Below, one piece after another: positions 62,347 through 64,000 of a DNA stretch of 64,000 nt (position 1 is its first letter; every line of letters starts with the position of its first letter). A program made the translations under genes and the position numbers. The DNA is taken from IMG/VR virus record IMGVR_UViG_3300028886_000045. One strand, written 5' to 3'. Below the pieces are notes generated by a model that was not told the DNA's origin, searched no databases, and was given only the letters and a program-made list of their open reading frames with translations. Origin of the DNA: a virus (Duplodnaviria > Caudoviricetes).

Positions 62347-64000
62347 ACTTTCTAACCTTTTAATTGTTTTACAAAATCATCAAGCCTTAAACTTCCATTG
62401 CCTTTGTTTCCTTTAGGGGGATTTCCGTGTGTGAAACTGCTTATCCCATCCGTATCTATCTTTATACGCCTCCTCATATTGCAATAACTGAATATGCCTA
62501 TCCTTTGGAATTGTCACGCTTTCTTCATCACGAACAAAATAATCCACTCGGTTCTTCTCCCCTATCAATTTACAAAGAAAGTTGTTACCGCACTCTTTAT
62601 ACAAAGAACAATTTCCGCAAGTGCCACTCTGCTTATTGTCCCTTATCAGCCTATGCCGTACCCCATCTATTTCTATTACTACATTTTGCATAATGAAAGT
62701 TCTTCTTTAATTAATGCCCACCTTATTTGCGCCCTCCAACTCATATCTATGTCCTTTGTGCTCAGAATCCTATCCCTTAACGGCTTTAGCAAATCTATTT
62801 CCGTTATTAGAAATCCGTTTGCAAACATATCAATCGTTTGGCTATCCCAAACCTCGGCTTTCGCGAACACTTCAACCGCTTCTTTGTATTTCCCATTATT
62901 GAGAAACTTACACATTTCAACCTTACTTTCCCATTCCATAGTTTTGTGTGTTTACATTGTTCTCGTTAATATACTTTTCCGCGTTCTTTTCCGCGATTTT
63001 CCTTGCTTTCTCACATTCTGCCTTTGTACCATAGAAGGGAGGTATGAATGGAAGAGTAGGAATCCAAACCATCCAACGATTCACTTGCAAAGGATGTGGC
63101 TTGATAATAGTGTACTTATAAAACCTACCCATTCCAATGTGTCGTTATGTAATTCTTTCTCCTTTCCATTTCGTTAAAATGGACTTCACATCTGTTTGTC
63201 CTTTCGTATTCTTCTAAAAGTTCAAACACCCTATCTAACGCCTTGTTTGAGGGTAGGTCATGGTGGTTATTCTGCTTTTGAAACTCAATCATTGCTTCGT
63301 TTCTGCCCTTTAACAAACCCATTCTATACCCTTCAATATACAAATCCCTTTTTGCCATACTACTATTTCAAAAATCCCACAAACACGCCATACCACATAG
63401 CACGGTCTTCTGATTCATCCAACGTGATACGACCGCTTTCATGCAAATAGTCAATAAACTCGTCAAAGGCATTTTTTGCCTTTTCCATGTCAATCTGCTT
63501 TTGGTCTATCGCGCCTTGGTAATATCCCTCGGCAAATCTTTCGCATTCAGTAGCACTAACGCCTTTCTGTCCGTACTCCTTCCGCTTTTCCGTTGTCCTT
63601 AACTTGATACTTTCCATACGCTATTTCTTTTCTGTTTTATGCTTACATTTCAGAACGCCCATTTTTGCCATGCATCTTAGGCATATTGAAATTTCCATTT
63701 GTGGGTCTAACATCTGCCCATAGTAACGGCAATAGTTCATTTCTTTTCGTTGGATAATGTCATTCTTGTCGCACTCCAATCAATTCCGTCATAACCGATT
63801 GTACCGCCACACAACTCCATCGTATCGTTATCCGTTGTTATCACAACCGCTTTTCTGACATACTTACGGTTACAGCCACACAACAGACTTGCACACAATA
63901 ATAAAAATACTACCTTTTTCATTTGCTTTCAAATTTATTTCCTACAATTTCGATTTCCACCCTTTGCCCATCTATGGTTGCATTCATAAAATCCCCTATA

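Noticed and set aside
237-63177. The many + strand ORFs (and the short ORFs over 237-1064) in the track
   Set aside because: They overlap well-supported minus-strand genes, have shadow-like composition and lack promoter or motif support
1-64000. Stop-codon reassignment as in some gut phages
   Set aside because: Long genes are intact in the standard code, TAG and TGA end genes at sensible junctions, and no suppressor tRNA is seen

Overview
A 64-kb segment of a large tailed dsDNA phage of Bacteroidales (Prevotella/Bacteroides-like host, inferred from about 30 TAnnTTTG-type promoters). Essentially all real genes are on the minus strand; the + strand ORFs in the track look like shadows. From the left: partial major capsid protein, head decoration and scaffold genes, a holin / GH19 endolysin / unimolecular spanin cassette, accessory genes (ferredoxin-thioredoxin reductase-like, dCMP deaminase, HTH-alphaCTD fusion, glycosyltransferase, two fibre/adhesin genes), three tRNAs with adjacent structured RNAs, an iteron-type origin next to a wHTH initiator-like gene, a long early region of small paralogous genes, and an IS607-like TnpB element that interrupts a small gene. 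The strongest unexplained signal is a layered regulatory system. (1) Twenty copies of a 26-nt covarying H-type pseudoknot, each ending 8-10 nt before an ATG. (2) About 11 copies of a 24-bp palindrome at helically phased distances upstream of strong promoters. (3) ORF-less promoter-terminator units and 3' tails that look antisense to Bacteroidetes-type start-codon regions. All family assignments come from recognising motifs by eye, not from database searches.
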